Source: Actinomycetota bacterium (GTDB lineage: Bacteria; Actinomycetota; CADDZG01; JAHWKV01). From it: a stretch of DNA of 64,000 nt. Below, piece after piece: positions 50,992 to 61,662 of the stretch (positions are counted from its first letter, which is position 1; every line of letters starts with the position of its first letter). The stretch lies in the NCBI GenBank assembly GCA_052389675.1, contig JBQTHR010000032.1, positions 17,262-81,261 on the forward strand, in the 5' to 3' direction. The position numbers were made by a program, and so were the translations under genes. The notes below the pieces were generated by a model. It saw only the letters and a list, made by a program, of their open reading frames with translations, did no database searches and was not told the DNA's origin.

Positions 50992-53313
50992 ATGAAGGCT
51001 TACCTGCTGGGCGCTTGGTTCGTGCTGGGCGTCTTGTTGGCCGATGCCCTGCGGCCAACGGCCGTTGTCGCACTTGGGATAGGCGGGTTGGCGGTGGGGC
51101 TTCTGGGCGCCGCCTGGTGGATTCACGAAGGGGAGCGGGGCGAGGGCCAACTCCTGCCTTGCGTTAAGCCACTGGTCGCCGGGATGGTGCTGGTGGGGAT
51201 GGGGGCGCTCGGCGTTGCCGACTTGGGGATGAAGGAGGCGCTGCGCCTACGTTCGCCCCTGCCCGGCTTGGACGGCCGGGTGCTGGAGGTGACGGGAGTG
51301 CTGGCTACCGACCCACAACCTAGAGGCAGAGCCTGGGGGTTCAATCTCCGCTCGGTTTTTGTCTCCGAGATCGGCCAGGTTGATGGACGGCTGGCGGTGC
51401 GGGCATTCGACCTCGTGCCGAAGGCAGCGCTGGGGGATCGGGCGAGGATGGAGGTGAAGATCGAGGCCCTGGACCCGGACGACCCGTTCGATCGGGCGCT
51501 GGTACGCTCGGGAATCGCCGCCGAGGCGGCGCTGCTCACTCCGGTGGAGGTGCTGGGGCACTCGGGCAACCCGTTGGTGATCGCTTCTAACTTCTTCAGG
51601 GAACGCATGGACCATGCCGCCGCCAGGGCGCTCGCGCCCAACCGAGCAGCGCTGGTGCTCGGGTTGGTCATCGGCGACGACCGCAAACTTGGCTCCCAGG
51701 TGAGGGATGACTTCCGGGCATCGGGGATGTCGCATCTGACCGCGGTGTCGGGGGCCAATCTGGCGATGGTGCTGGCGGCTTTCGGCGCGGTCCTCGGGCT
51801 GGTGCGGGTCTCCCGGCGCACCAAGGTGGCGCTCGGCCTGATCGCGATCGTGGTGTTCGCCGTCATCACCCGCTGGGAACCATCGGTGCTCAGGGCAAGC
51901 GTCATGGCCGCGGTGGCCTTGGCAGCATTTTTGTTCGGGCGCAAAGCGGAGTCTCTGCACACTTTGGCCGTCGCCTTCTTTGCATTGCTGCTGTTCGACC
52001 CGAGGCTGCTGTGGTCGATTGGGTTCCAGCTTTCCTTCGCCGCCACCGCTGGCATCTTGCTCTTACGAGCGCCGCTGGTGGAGCGGCTGGGGCCGGTGCC
52101 CCGGTGGCTCAAAGAACCGGTGGCCATCGGACTGGCGGCGCAGGTTGCCGTATTCCCGTTGATCGCGATCCATTTCGACAAACTCTCGGTGGCCAGCCTG
52201 CCGGCCAATCTGGCGGCGGTCGCCCTGGTGGCGCCGGTCACGGTGATCGGCTTTACCGGCGGGGTTCTCTCGCTGTTGGGCACTGCACCCGCCTGGCCGG
52301 TGATGAAAATCGCCGGCGTGCCGGCCGGCTTGCTCGAATGGATTGCCCGGGTGTTCGGCCGTTCGGATTTGTCCGAGATCAGCCTGCCGAACTTCCATTG
52401 GCTGGAGTTCATGGCAGCTTGCCTCGGCCTGCTGGCGCTGTGGATGTGGCTCACCCGCCGGGGCCGCCGGGCGCGCTGGCCCGCCCTGCTGGCAATCGTC
52501 GTGGCGCTGGGGACGATGATCGCCCCGGCCGCCCGCTCGGCCGCTCCCGGAGGGCTCCGGGTTACTTTCTTCGACGTTGGCCAGGGCGACGCAGCCCTGG
52601 TTGAGAGCCCGGGGGGAGCCCGGGTGCTCGTGGACGGGGGCCCGGATCCGCACCTGCTTGCCACTACCCTGCGCCGGAGGGGAATCGGCCGGATCGATTT
52701 GGTGGTCGCCAGTCACCTTCATGCAGACCATGTCGTAGGCCTGGCGGAGGTGATGAAGGACGTGGACGTCGGGATCGCCCTGCATCCGGGGATCGAACTG
52801 AACCTGCTGCGTCACCTGAACGTCGACGAGCCGTTCGTGCCCGCGATCGACGGGGATCGCATTGCCATCGGGGATCTGGAGGTGGAGGTGCTCGCCCCGG
52901 CGATTGACCAGATTGAGACTGCTGCCGCCGCTTCCGCCGGAGTCTCGCCCGAGGGGTCGGCGCTCAACGATGCCTCGATCGTCCTGGCCATTCGATGGGC
53001 CGGCGAGTGCATTTTGTTCACCGGGGACCTGGAGGAAAGCGGCCAGCAGGCGCTGCTCGAGCGGCACCGGGACAAGATCGATTGCACCGTGGCAAAGGCA
53101 CCACATCACGGTTCCGCCCGGCTGGACCCTGAGTTCATGGAGGCGGTGGACCCCGAATGGGTGCCGGTTTCGGTGGGCGATAATGACTACGGTCATCCGT
53201 CGGCGAAAGCGGTACGAATCTTCGAAGGGGTGGGCGCCAAAGTTCTACGGACCGACGAGTTGGGCGATGTAGTGATCGAGATCGACCGCTTCGGCGTGGT
53301 CTCGGGTCCCTAG
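50992..53313 (+). CDS. comEC: DNA internalisation channel ComEC/Rec2 with metallo-beta-lactamase domain
   Basis: Competence-domain motif SGMSHLTAVSGANL, a polytopic core and the C-terminal MBL motifs FDVGQGDA and ASHLHADH. Confidence 0.9.
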   Translation: MKAYLLGAWFVLGVLLADALRPTAVVALGIGGLAVGLLGAAWWIHEGERGEGQLLPCVKPLVAGMVLVGMGALGVADLGMKEALRLRSPLPGLDGRVLEVTGVLATDPQPRGRAWGFNLRSVFVSEIGQVDGRLAVRAFDLVPKAALGDRARMEVKIEALDPDDPFDRALVRSGIAAEAALLTPVEVLGHSGNPLVIASNFFRERMDHAAARALAPNRAALVLGLVIGDDRKLGSQVRDDFRASGMSHLTAVSGANLAMVLAAFGAVLGLVRVSRRTKVALGLIAIVVFAVITRWEPSVLRASVMAAVALAAFLFGRKAESLHTLAVAFFALLLFDPRLLWSIGFQLSFAATAGILLLRAPLVERLGPVPRWLKEPVAIGLAAQVAVFPLIAIHFDKLSVASLPANLAAVALVAPVTVIGFTGGVLSLLGTAPAWPVMKIAGVPAGLLEWIARVFGRSDLSEISLPNFHWLEFMAACLGLLALWMWLTRRGRRARWPALLAIVVALGTMIAPAARSAAPGGLRVTFFDVGQGDAALVESPGGARVLVDGGPDPHLLATTLRRRGIGRIDLVVASHLHADHVVGLAEVMKDVDVGIALHPGIELNLLRHLNVDEPFVPAIDGDRIAIGDLEVEVLAPAIDQIETAAAASAGVSPEGSALNDASIVLAIRWAGECILFTGDLEESGQQALLERHRDKIDCTVAKAPHHGSARLDPEFMEAVDPEWVPVSVGDNDYGHPSAKAVRIFEGVGAKVLRTDELGDVVIEIDRFGVVSGP

Positions 53314-54303
53314 GTGGCGCCGGCCCCCCGGCACAGGGACCAACCAAATAGGATCTTAGAAGTGCCCCCGTCCAAACCCCCCGCCGATGCGCTGCCCGCC
53401 TACCTGATCGCCGGCGACGATCCGCATCTGGCCGGAGTAGCCCTGGGAAAACTCGTGGAAAATGTCTCCGAGGAGTCGATAGACCGGTTCGGTCCGGCGG
53501 ACGATGTCGACCGGGTGCTCCAGGCGCTGGTCACGCCGTCGATGTTTGGAGATCGCCGGTTCGTGGTGGTCAGGGAGGTCGACCGGCTGGGGGCCGAGGC
53601 GCTGCGGTTGCTCGCTGCCTACTTCGAGTCCCCTTCGCCGGACGTCACCGCGGTGTTAATGGGTGCCAAGTTTCCGGCGCCGCTGCTGGCGGCGGTGCGA
53701 AAAGTCGGGCATGTGGTCGATGCAGCCAAAGGCAAGCGCTCGGATCTGCTGGTGTGGCTAAAGCAGGAACTTCGCGCCAAGGGTTTCAGCGCCGGAGGAG
53801 ACGTCATGAACGCTTTGGTGGAGGCGGTGGGCGAGCAGCGCCTGGCACTGTCCCGGGCAGTGGAAGAGCTAGGTTTGGCTCAGCCCGAGGGAGGCCGGCT
53901 GACCGGCGCCCGGGTGAGCGGCCAGTTCCAAGGCCGGGCCGACGCCAAGCTGTTCGGCTTCATCGATGCTGTTGCCGAGCGGCAGGGGAGCCTTGCGCTG
54001 CAGACCCTCCACCATCTGGTCCGCCAGGGGGAGTCCGAGCAGATGCTGTTTTGGTCGCTCACCCGTCACTTCCGGATGCTGGTTCAGGCCCAGGGGCAGC
54101 CGCCCGCACTGATCGCTAAGGAACTCGGGATTCAAGCCTGGCGGGCGGAGAAGCTGGTGCGCCAAGCGCGAGGGTTCAAGCCGGGCGCGCTGGTTGCCGC
54201 TTACCGGTTGCTTGCCGAGGCGGACGTAAAGATCAAACAGAGCGAGGAACCGGAAGGGCTGACTCTGGAGCGGGTGGTTGTTGCTATTTCTGCGAGGAGT
54301 TGA
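53314..54303 (+). CDS. holA: DNA polymerase III subunit delta
   Basis: Conserved comEC-holA position with a GTG directly after the comEC stop. The pattern YLIAGDDPHL...FGDRRFVVVRE is typical of HolA. The exact start is uncertain. Confidence 0.82.
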   Translation: MAPAPRHRDQPNRILEVPPSKPPADALPAYLIAGDDPHLAGVALGKLVENVSEESIDRFGPADDVDRVLQALVTPSMFGDRRFVVVREVDRLGAEALRLLAAYFESPSPDVTAVLMGAKFPAPLLAAVRKVGHVVDAAKGKRSDLLVWLKQELRAKGFSAGGDVMNALVEAVGEQRLALSRAVEELGLAQPEGGRLTGARVSGQFQGRADAKLFGFIDAVAERQGSLALQTLHHLVRQGESEQMLFWSLTRHFRMLVQAQGQPPALIAKELGIQAWRAEKLVRQARGFKPGALVAAYRLLAEADVKIKQSEEPEGLTLERVVVAISARS

Positions 54304-54550
54304 GCCGAAGCGCCATGGATGACTTCTTGTTGGCGGCGTTGTTGGAGTGGATGAACCCCTTGGACACCGCCTTGTCCAGCGCCCGGCTGGCAATTTGCAA
54401 CTCGGTTTGCGCCCGCTCACCATCCCCGTTGGCCAGGGCGGCGTTGAACCGCTTGATGTAGGTCTTAAGAGCGGTGCGGGCGTCACGGTTGCGCATGCGA
54501 CGCTTCTCATTGGTGAGGATGCGCTTCTTTTGAGACTTGATGTTTGCCAT
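54284..54550 (-). CDS. rpsT: 30S ribosomal protein S20
   Basis: MANIKSQKKRILTNEKRRMRNR is the canonical S20 N-terminus. Its 3' end overlaps holA convergently by 20 nt. Confidence 0.94.
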   Translation of the reverse strand: MANIKSQKKRILTNEKRRMRNRDARTALKTYIKRFNAALANGDGERAQTELQIASRALDKAVSKGFIHSNNAANKKSSMALRLNSSQK

Positions 54551-54645
54551 GCGTGAACAGACCTTCTAAGAGGGATTGACACAGCACTCTAGCACGCTAG
54601 GGGCCGCCTTGACCCCCCGGCTGGTTCGGCTGCTACATTCGAACT

Positions 54646-56454
54646 ATGAAAGATCGTTCGTTGACCCGCGCCTTCAGCTTGATCGCCCACGTGGACCACG
54701 GCAAGTCGACCCTGGCCGACCGCATCCTTCAGATATGCAAAGCCGTGCCCGAGCGGGAAATGCGCGAGCAATACCTGGACAAGATGGACCTGGAGAGGGA
54801 GCGGGGGATCACCATAAAGGCACAGGCCATCCGGCTGAAGTATCCGTCGGCCGACGGCCGGATCTACGAGCTGAACCTTATCGACACCCCGGGCCACGTC
54901 GACTTCAGCTACGAAGTGTCCCGGGCGCTGGAGGCGTGCGACGGGGTGATACTGCTGGTGGATGCCGCCCAAGGAATTGAGGCTCAGACCCTGGCCAACC
55001 TCTACCTGGCAATGGAGGCAGACCTGGAAATCATCCCGGTGCTCAACAAAATTGACCTTCCTTCGGCTGACCCGCACCGGGTGGCTGAGGAAATGTCTAA
55101 CCTGATGGGTATTCCCGCCGACGAGTTCCTCCGGGTGTCCGGCAAGACCGGGCAGGGGGTGATCGAGTTGCTGGAGGAGGTGGTCAAGCGCATCCCACCA
55201 CCCAAGGGCGACCCCAACCAACCCACCCGGGCGCTGATCTTCGACTCAACCTATGACAATTACCGGGGGGTGGTTACCTTCGTGAGGGTGGTCGATGGCA
55301 CGCTCACCGCCCGCCAGAAGATCAAGATGATGGCCACTGGAAGCTCGGTGGAGTCGGAGGAGGTGGGGGTATTCGCCCCCGATATGCAGCCGGTGAAGAT
55401 CCTGGAAGCCGGCGACGTCGGCTACTTGATCCCGGGCGTGAAGAATGTCCGGGAAGCTACTGTCGGCGACACGATAACCGACCATCAGAACCCGGCAAGC
55501 AAGCCTTTGCCAGGCTACCGGGAGCCCAAACCGATGGTCTGGGCAGGCCTTTACACCACCAACTCTGACCAGTACCCGCAGCTAAGGGAGAGTCTGGAGA
55601 AGCTGCAACTCAATGACGCCGCCTTGGTGTTCGAGCCGGAAACCTCGCCCGCTTTAGGGTTCGGCTTCCGGGCCGGCTTCCTGGGCCTGCTTCACATGGA
55701 CATCATCCGGGAGCGCTTGGAGCGGGAGTTCGACCTTGACATGCTGGTAACCATGCCCAGTGTCGCCTATCAGGTGGTCATGCACTCCGGTGAGGTGCTT
55801 CAAGTGCACAGCCCGGCCCAGATGCCCGATCCGGGCAGCTACGAGCAGATCCAGGAGCCGGTGGCCTCGGTGATGATCATCACCCCAACCGAGTACATCG
55901 GCACGATCATGCAGCTGTGCCAGGAGCGGCGGGGTGAGCGCAAGGGGATTTCGCATCTGTCCAAGCATTCGGTTGAGCTAAAGTACACTCTGCCGCTCGC
56001 CGAGATGATGGTCGACTTCTTTGACCAGCTCAAGAGCCGCACCAAGGGCTACGCTTCGCTGGACTATGAGCCCATCGGCTATGCCGGCGCCGACTTGGTG
56101 AAGGTGGAGATCATGCTGGCCGGACAGCCGGTGGACGCGTTCAGCGCCATCGTCCACAAGCAGAACTCCTTCTACTACGGCCGGCGGATGACCGAGAAGC
56201 TAAGAGAGCTCATCCCAAAGCAGCAGTTCGACGTGGCAATTCAGGCGTCCATCGGTTCCAGGATCATCGCCCGTGAGACAATCAAGGCCTACCGCAAGGA
56301 CGTCATCGCAAAGTGCTACGGCGGCGACATCACCCGGAAACGCAAGCTGCTGGAGAAACAGAAGGCCGGTAAGGCACGGATGAAGCACGTCGGCTCGGTG
56401 CAGGTGCCCCAGGAGGCGTTTATGGCGGCGCTGAAGCTGAACGACAAGACTTAG
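54646..56454 (+). CDS. lepA: translation elongation factor 4
   Basis: GTPase motifs [14 protein letters not shown] and NKID. The C-terminal region ([19 protein letters not shown]) is LepA-specific. Confidence 0.96.
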   Translation: MKDRSLTRAFSLIAHVDHGKSTLADRILQICKAVPEREMREQYLDKMDLERERGITIKAQAIRLKYPSADGRIYELNLIDTPGHVDFSYEVSRALEACDGVILLVDAAQGIEAQTLANLYLAMEADLEIIPVLNKIDLPSADPHRVAEEMSNLMGIPADEFLRVSGKTGQGVIELLEEVVKRIPPPKGDPNQPTRALIFDSTYDNYRGVVTFVRVVDGTLTARQKIKMMATGSSVESEEVGVFAPDMQPVKILEAGDVGYLIPGVKNVREATVGDTITDHQNPASKPLPGYREPKPMVWAGLYTTNSDQYPQLRESLEKLQLNDAALVFEPETSPALGFGFRAGFLGLLHMDIIRERLEREFDLDMLVTMPSVAYQVVMHSGEVLQVHSPAQMPDPGSYEQIQEPVASVMIITPTEYIGTIMQLCQERRGERKGISHLSKHSVELKYTLPLAEMMVDFFDQLKSRTKGYASLDYEPIGYAGADLVKVEIMLAGQPVDAFSAIVHKQNSFYYGRRMTEKLRELIPKQQFDVAIQASIGSRIIARETIKAYRKDVIAKCYGGDITRKRKLLEKQKAGKARMKHVGSVQVPQEAFMAALKLNDKT

Positions 56455-56529
56455 GAGGTTGTAACGCTCAACGCATCGTCGCTGCCTGGGGCAGGGGGAA
56501 GGTCACTGGATGCCCGCAAAGCGGCCATC

Positions 56530-57522
56530 ATGCGCGCGATCGTTCGTGAGTATGTGAAGACCGGCCAGCCGGTGGCTTCCAAGACCTTGGTTGACCGCTA
56601 CCGCCTTCAGGTGTCGGCGGCCACCATCCGCAACGACATGGGGGTCCTGGAGGAGTTGGGCTACATCGTTCAGCCCCACACATCCGCCGGGCGCATTCCA
56701 ACCGATCAGGGCTACCGCTGGTTCGTGGACAACTGGCCGGGACACACTTGGCCGGAGATCTCCGAGCACGAGCGCCGGGCGATTGACCTGGTGCTGGATG
56801 CGGAGTTCCGAGGTCTGGACTCGACGTTGGACTCCACTTCCCACGTCTTGTCCCGCCTCACCGAGGCGGCGGGCATCGCCCTGGCTCCCCCTTCTCGGCG
56901 CAACGTCTTACGGCGGATCGAGCTGTACTCCCGGGACTCGCGCCGGGCAACCATGTTGTTGATTGCCCGCAGCGGAGAGGTGGACCAAGGGGTGGTGGAG
57001 TTCTCCGTGGAAACCGGCGAGGACGATCTGGCGTTGCTCACCGAACAGTTGAACAAGCTGCTGGAGGGGGTAGATCATGCGACCCTTGCCGACACGGTGC
57101 GTGCGGTAGCGGACGCATCGCCCGGATTGCTGAGCGTTGCTGCTGAGATGGACGAAGTGATGGAGGCCGGTGCCAGCCAGCGCATCTTCCGGGGCGGCAC
57201 CGCGAACATGCTGTCCGGCCGGCATTTCTCGGATCTGGAAACGGTCCACGAGATTGTCGACGCGTTGGAGCACCCCAAGGTGCTGGCCTCCCTGCTGAGC
57301 GAGGCATCGGGCTCCCCGGCGATGGTGATGTTCATCGGCCGGGAGGTGCCGGTAGAGCAGATGCGCACCTGTACGGTCATCTTTGCCCCCTACGACGCCG
57401 GGGCCGACCGCCAAGGCAGCATCGGGATCATCGGCCCCACCAGGATGGACTACCCTCATACCATCGCCGCAGTTGAGGCGGTTGCCCGCCGGCTGAGCGC
57501 TCTGCTGGAATCGCTTAACTAA
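56530..57522 (+). CDS. hrcA: heat-inducible transcription repressor HrcA (start possibly upstream at a non-ATG codon)
   Basis: IVREYVKTGQPVASKTLV winged-helix motif and conserved hrcA-dnaJ order. The conserved LDARKAAI residues lie in frame upstream of the first ATG. Confidence 0.9.
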   Translation: MRAIVREYVKTGQPVASKTLVDRYRLQVSAATIRNDMGVLEELGYIVQPHTSAGRIPTDQGYRWFVDNWPGHTWPEISEHERRAIDLVLDAEFRGLDSTLDSTSHVLSRLTEAAGIALAPPSRRNVLRRIELYSRDSRRATMLLIARSGEVDQGVVEFSVETGEDDLALLTEQLNKLLEGVDHATLADTVRAVADASPGLLSVAAEMDEVMEAGASQRIFRGGTANMLSGRHFSDLETVHEIVDALEHPKVLASLLSEASGSPAMVMFIGREVPVEQMRTCTVIFAPYDAGADRQGSIGIIGPTRMDYPHTIAAVEAVARRLSALLESLN

Positions 57523-57536
57523 GCTAAGGAACGTTT

Positions 57537-58625
57537 GTGGCACGCGACTACTACGAAGTTCTGGGCGTCTCCAAGGACGCCTCCGAAGACGACATGAAAA
57601 AGGCGTACCGGCGGCTTGCCCGCCAGTACCACCCGGACGCCAATCCGGACGATCCGTCAGCCGAGTCCAAGTTCAAGGAGCTCGGCGAGGCCTACGCGGT
57701 GCTTTCCGATCCCGGCCGCAGGAGCAATTACGATCGTTTCGGCACCGCAGGCGGGCCCGGCATGAACTTTGACCCGTTCGACATTTTCAGTTCGTTTTTC
57801 GGTGGAGATCCGTTCGGTTTTGGCCGCCGGGCCGGGCCGGAGCCCGGGCGCAACCTGGCGGTGGCGGTGGAGGTCACGATGGAGGAAGTGGTCAACGGGG
57901 TCACTAAGACCTTTCCGGTGCGCAGCTTGCGCACATGCGCCCGATGCAGCGGCTCGGGATCAGAGCCGGGCATTTCCCCGGTGGCTTGCTCCCGGTGCAA
58001 CGGCCAGGGCACCATTCGAACCATGCAGCGGGGCTTTTTCGGCAACATGGTTTCCGCCTCCACCTGCCCCGATTGCCAGGGGATGGGCGAGCGGATCACT
58101 TCCCCGTGTATCGAGTGCCGGGGCGAGGGTCGCTTGGAGCGGGAGGAGGAGGTCCGGGTGGACATCCCCGCGGGCGTAGAAGACGGCATGCAGCTACGGG
58201 TAAGCGGCAAGGGCGAGGCCGGCCCCCGGGGCGGCCCTTCGGGCGACCTTTACGTTCAGCTTCGGGTCAAGAAGATGGCGGGGGCCGAGCGCAAGGGGGA
58301 AGATCTGATTTTCTCGGTCGACGTGCCGTTCACTCAGGCAACGCTCGGGGCAACCATCACCATCGATTCGTTCGACGGCAAGGTTGAAGTTGAGCTGCCC
58401 CTGGGTACCCAGCCGGGCGACATTCTTCGGGTTCGCGGGGCGGGCCTGACCCGGCTCGGCCGGGGCGGCCGGGGGGATATCTTGGTGCGGGTTAACGTCG
58501 TCGTTCCTACCGGTTTGAGCAATGAAGAAGACCAGTTGGTACGCAAGCTGGCGCAGCTTCGGGGCGAGGACGTCGCCGAGCACCAAGGGTTCCTGGGAAA
58601 GATCAAGAGCGCCTTCCGAGCTTGA
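57537..58625 (+). CDS. dnaJ: molecular chaperone DnaJ
   Basis: J-domain with the HPD motif (YHPDAN), a G/F region and four CxxCxGxG zinc-finger repeats. GTG start. Confidence 0.95.
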   Translation: MARDYYEVLGVSKDASEDDMKKAYRRLARQYHPDANPDDPSAESKFKELGEAYAVLSDPGRRSNYDRFGTAGGPGMNFDPFDIFSSFFGGDPFGFGRRAGPEPGRNLAVAVEVTMEEVVNGVTKTFPVRSLRTCARCSGSGSEPGISPVACSRCNGQGTIRTMQRGFFGNMVSASTCPDCQGMGERITSPCIECRGEGRLEREEEVRVDIPAGVEDGMQLRVSGKGEAGPRGGPSGDLYVQLRVKKMAGAERKGEDLIFSVDVPFTQATLGATITIDSFDGKVEVELPLGTQPGDILRVRGAGLTRLGRGGRGDILVRVNVVVPTGLSNEEDQLVRKLAQLRGEDVAEHQGFLGKIKSAFRA

Positions 58626-59356
58626 GCTCGGCGCCGTTTTTCTTCGCCCGGCCGGAAATCATCCTTGAGGGCAGTCTGACCCTGGACCCGCAGGACGCCT
58701 ATCACCTGAGGGTCCGCCGTTGCCGCGCAGGCGACCGGATAACCGTGGGCGACGGCTTCGGGCGGCTGTTCGAAGCCCGGATCGAGAACCTGGCGCAGGA
58801 GGTTACCGCCCGGATCGAATCGGTCAGCCACGTGCCTGCGCCGGTACCCCACCTGAGCGTCTTCCAAGGCCTGGCGAAGGGGGCAAAGATCGATTGGCTT
58901 ATCGAGAAGCTGGTGGAGCTAGGGGTGGACCGGGTGGCGATCTTTGCCGCCTCCCGAAGCGTCCCGACGTGGGACGGCCCGAAGGCCCAAACCCAAAACG
59001 AACGGTGGCGCCGGGTGGCCCTGGCTGCGGCCAAGCAGTCGAGGCGTGCCTGGTTGCCCAAGATTGAGGGCCCCCTGACGCTGGATCAGGTGGCTGATCT
59101 GACGCCGGGTTTCGACGCAGCCTTCGTAGCCGATCCGGGCGCCCAACGCAGCCTGCGGGAGGAGCTACCCGCCACCTCGCCCGATACGGTTGCGGTGGTT
59201 ATCGGCCCGGAGGGAGGCTTGGGTCCAGCCGAGGAGCTCCGGTTGGTGGACGCCGGAGCGCACGCGGTGAATCTCGGCCCCCAGATCCTGCGGGCGGAGA
59301 CTGCCGGCTTGGCGGTTGCTTCGGCGATCATGTTCCACTATGGCCGGTTCGGTTAA
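58622..59356 (+). CDS. rsmE: 16S rRNA (uracil1498-N3)-methyltransferase
   Basis: HHLRV-type motif (AYHLRVRR) and the C-terminal SPOUT knot IGPEGGL...[15 protein letters not shown] overlap with dnaJ. Confidence 0.88.
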   Translation: MSSAPFFFARPEIILEGSLTLDPQDAYHLRVRRCRAGDRITVGDGFGRLFEARIENLAQEVTARIESVSHVPAPVPHLSVFQGLAKGAKIDWLIEKLVELGVDRVAIFAASRSVPTWDGPKAQTQNERWRRVALAAAKQSRRAWLPKIEGPLTLDQVADLTPGFDAAFVADPGAQRSLREELPATSPDTVAVVIGPEGGLGPAEELRLVDAGAHAVNLGPQILRAETAGLAVASAIMFHYGRFG

Positions 59357-59518
59357 AGGCCCCGGGAGTCGGGTGGATCGTTTAAGGGAAGTTTGGGACT
59401 TTGGGCCCAATCGTCTCCACGACATCGCTGCCCACCCCGGCCTCAGGTTCGCCGAAGGTTCCTACCACCAACCCTCTTTCGTCGTTTTAGCGGCTTAAGT
59501 GATTCCCGAACATGGGCG

Positions 59519-61549
59519 TCAGGCCGGGCAGCCGGTGGTTTTCGACAGGAGCCTGACCGCCCGGATTCCGGTCGATGTTGAATCCCCGGGCACCAGGCAG
59601 AACGCGTCTTCCAGAAGCCGAAGGTAGTCGAGTTGGAGCGCCAGGAGGCGTTCGGGTCGGTCGACGAAGGCCCAGCTCCCAGCGGCCGGCAGCCTTCTGA
59701 ACCTGGCGTCGGTCGGTACCTCCTGCCAGACCAAGGCGTCTTGCAGCGGGTTGTCGACGAGGAGGAAGTTGCCCTTGCCGGCCATCATCATCGTTTCGGT
59801 GTAGGCGGAGTCGTTGACCAAGACCGGGACGTGCTTTGCGCTGGGCGCGTGTTTGACGATGAGCGCCGCCGCCTCCCCCGACTCCGGATTGTGCGCCGGC
59901 GGATCGGACAGGGCGCCGAGGTCGGCCAACAGGCTGCCGGTTGCCAGCGAGCCTATCGTGGTCAGCGGCAGGTTCTTCACCAGGCCCTGCGCGCTGTTCC
60001 AGGCGAGCGGCACGGCTACCAGTGCCGCCAAGGCGAAGGCAGGCCGGCGCGCTCGACCGTCCCGTAGCCAGAAGGCCAAGATCATCAGAGCTGGGGCGCA
60101 AATGTGCCTCAGGGCAAACGGGTGCGACCGGCCGATGAAGTAGGAGAAGGTGACGATCCCTAGCGCAGCCAGTCCGGACACCAGGCGCCACTCGACAGTG
60201 TCCAGCGCCGGCCGGTCCCTGCGCAGCATTACGCCAGCGCCGACTGTTCCCCCCAGATACACCGCCGCGAGAAGCGCCCATGGGGTCCAGGTGGCGACCG
60301 GAAGGGCGCCCACCTCGCCCGTGGTGTAGGCCCGGAGGAACTCGGCATAGATCTCCCACTGCGGCCAGTGGCCGGAGCCGGCCCGTGTCGCCAAGGCCAA
60401 GATCGTGTGGGCAACGGCGATTCCTCCTGCCGCCCAGCCCATCGGTTTGACGAACAGAGCCAAGCGTCGTCCGCGCAACGCCTCGAACAAGACGATGCCG
60501 CCCAGAGCCGCCGTCGTATAGACGAAGGTCTCGGCGCTCCACACTGAGGCGACGCCCATGACGGCCGCCCGGATGGGGTTGCGCCGTCCCGGTCGGACCA
60601 ACTCGGCCGTCAGCACCAGGTAAGGTACGAAGAAGCGGAGCGCCCCAACCGAGGGGTGCGAGTGACTGGCATAGTCGGTTGTCCAAACGCTCAGCCCGAT
60701 TATCAGCAATGTCAGGCCAAGCGCCACCGTCCGGCGGCCGGCAAGCCGCTTGAGAAGAAGGTAGAAGACGGCAAACTGAAGGAACGACACCAAGCTGACC
60801 AGCAGGCCAAGGCTTAGGTAGGAGGGCCGGAAGACCCTTCCCCACCAGCCGATCAGGTAAAGGGGCAGGATCCCGTACTGGCCGAAGGTCTCGACGAGCA
60901 GGGTCTTGCCGTGCAGGATCTCGTTGGCCGGGGCCAGGAAAAAGTCGGAGCTGACCGCCTCGATCGGTACCCGCAAAGACACCACGAGCAGGCCGATGAG
61001 CGCCACAGCGACGGTGTCGAAGCTTGGAAAGGCTACCCGATCGGCCAGGCCCAGGCATACAGCCACCAAGAGCGAGGCGATTAGCAGGACCGCCCAATCG
61101 AATCGGAACGTCGCCCGCGCTGGTGCGAAGATCAACAGCAGAGCGGCGACGAACAAGGCCCCGGCGAGGCGGGCAACCCGGCCGGGAACAGGGAGCCTGC
61201 CTGCCGGCGATGACGCCAGCACCACCAGCGCACCGGTCGATAGCAGGACGTTCACTAAAGCCGACCCCCCGCCCATCCTGGCGAAAACGAGCCCGGCCAG
61301 GCTCAAAAAAACGGCCAGGAGCGCGGCCGACTCCAAAGAGCCCCTTCGGGCGGCCGCCAGCGCGTAGGCGACACCCAGAACAGGAGCCAGGGATCCGCCG
61401 AGCAGGTAGACCGCCCACTCCAGGGCCTCGCCGTCAGCAAGTGGTCGCAAGAAGCTGACGAATGAAAGGAGCCACAACAGCGTCGCTCCGGCCCCGACGG
61501 TCAGTCCGAGTACTGCTCGGTCGGAGAAGTGCTGGTCGTCAGATGCCAT
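59519..61549 (-). CDS. large polytopic membrane protein with C-terminal soluble domain (GT-C-like candidate)
   Basis: About 15 predicted TM helices followed by a ~190 aa extracytoplasmic tail. ATG at 61549 is preferred. The alternative-frame 643-aa ORF is an Arg/Gly/Pro artefact. Confidence 0.6.
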   Translation of the reverse strand: MASDDQHFSDRAVLGLTVGAGATLLWLLSFVSFLRPLADGEALEWAVYLLGGSLAPVLGVAYALAAARRGSLESAALLAVFLSLAGLVFARMGGGSALVNVLLSTGALVVLASSPAGRLPVPGRVARLAGALFVAALLLIFAPARATFRFDWAVLLIASLLVAVCLGLADRVAFPSFDTVAVALIGLLVVSLRVPIEAVSSDFFLAPANEILHGKTLLVETFGQYGILPLYLIGWWGRVFRPSYLSLGLLVSLVSFLQFAVFYLLLKRLAGRRTVALGLTLLIIGLSVWTTDYASHSHPSVGALRFFVPYLVLTAELVRPGRRNPIRAAVMGVASVWSAETFVYTTAALGGIVLFEALRGRRLALFVKPMGWAAGGIAVAHTILALATRAGSGHWPQWEIYAEFLRAYTTGEVGALPVATWTPWALLAAVYLGGTVGAGVMLRRDRPALDTVEWRLVSGLAALGIVTFSYFIGRSHPFALRHICAPALMILAFWLRDGRARRPAFALAALVAVPLAWNSAQGLVKNLPLTTIGSLATGSLLADLGALSDPPAHNPESGEAAALIVKHAPSAKHVPVLVNDSAYTETMMMAGKGNFLLVDNPLQDALVWQEVPTDARFRRLPAAGSWAFVDRPERLLALQLDYLRLLEDAFCLVPGDSTSTGIRAVRLLSKTTGCPA

Positions 61550-61662
61550 TGGAATCGGTGGCAGTCTACAGGCCCGGGTTCCCCCTAGAGCCGTCGTGAC
61601 CGAACCCGAACTCAAACCTTGGAGTCTTCATCCCAACCCGGCCACCGAAGATTGCGGTGTGA

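Noticed and set aside
51123-53196. 513-aa and 377-aa minus-strand ORFs antisense to comEC
   Set aside because: The same shadow-ORF phenomenon applies, with Ser/Arg/Pro/Ala-rich translations. comEC motifs are clear on the plus strand.
54575-54645. CIRCE-like element (AGCACTC) in the rpsT/lepA intergenic region and near hrcA
   Set aside because: Only one half-site-like heptamer is present, with no inverted partner (GAGTGCT) at a 9-nt spacing. No TTAGCACTC-N9-GAGTGCTAA occurs anywhere in the window.
59487-61418. 643-aa minus-strand ORF overlapping the large membrane protein gene in another frame
   Set aside because: The translation is an Arg/Gly/Pro-rich string typical of an off-frame reading of GC-rich DNA. 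The 59519..61615 frame gives coherent TM helices.
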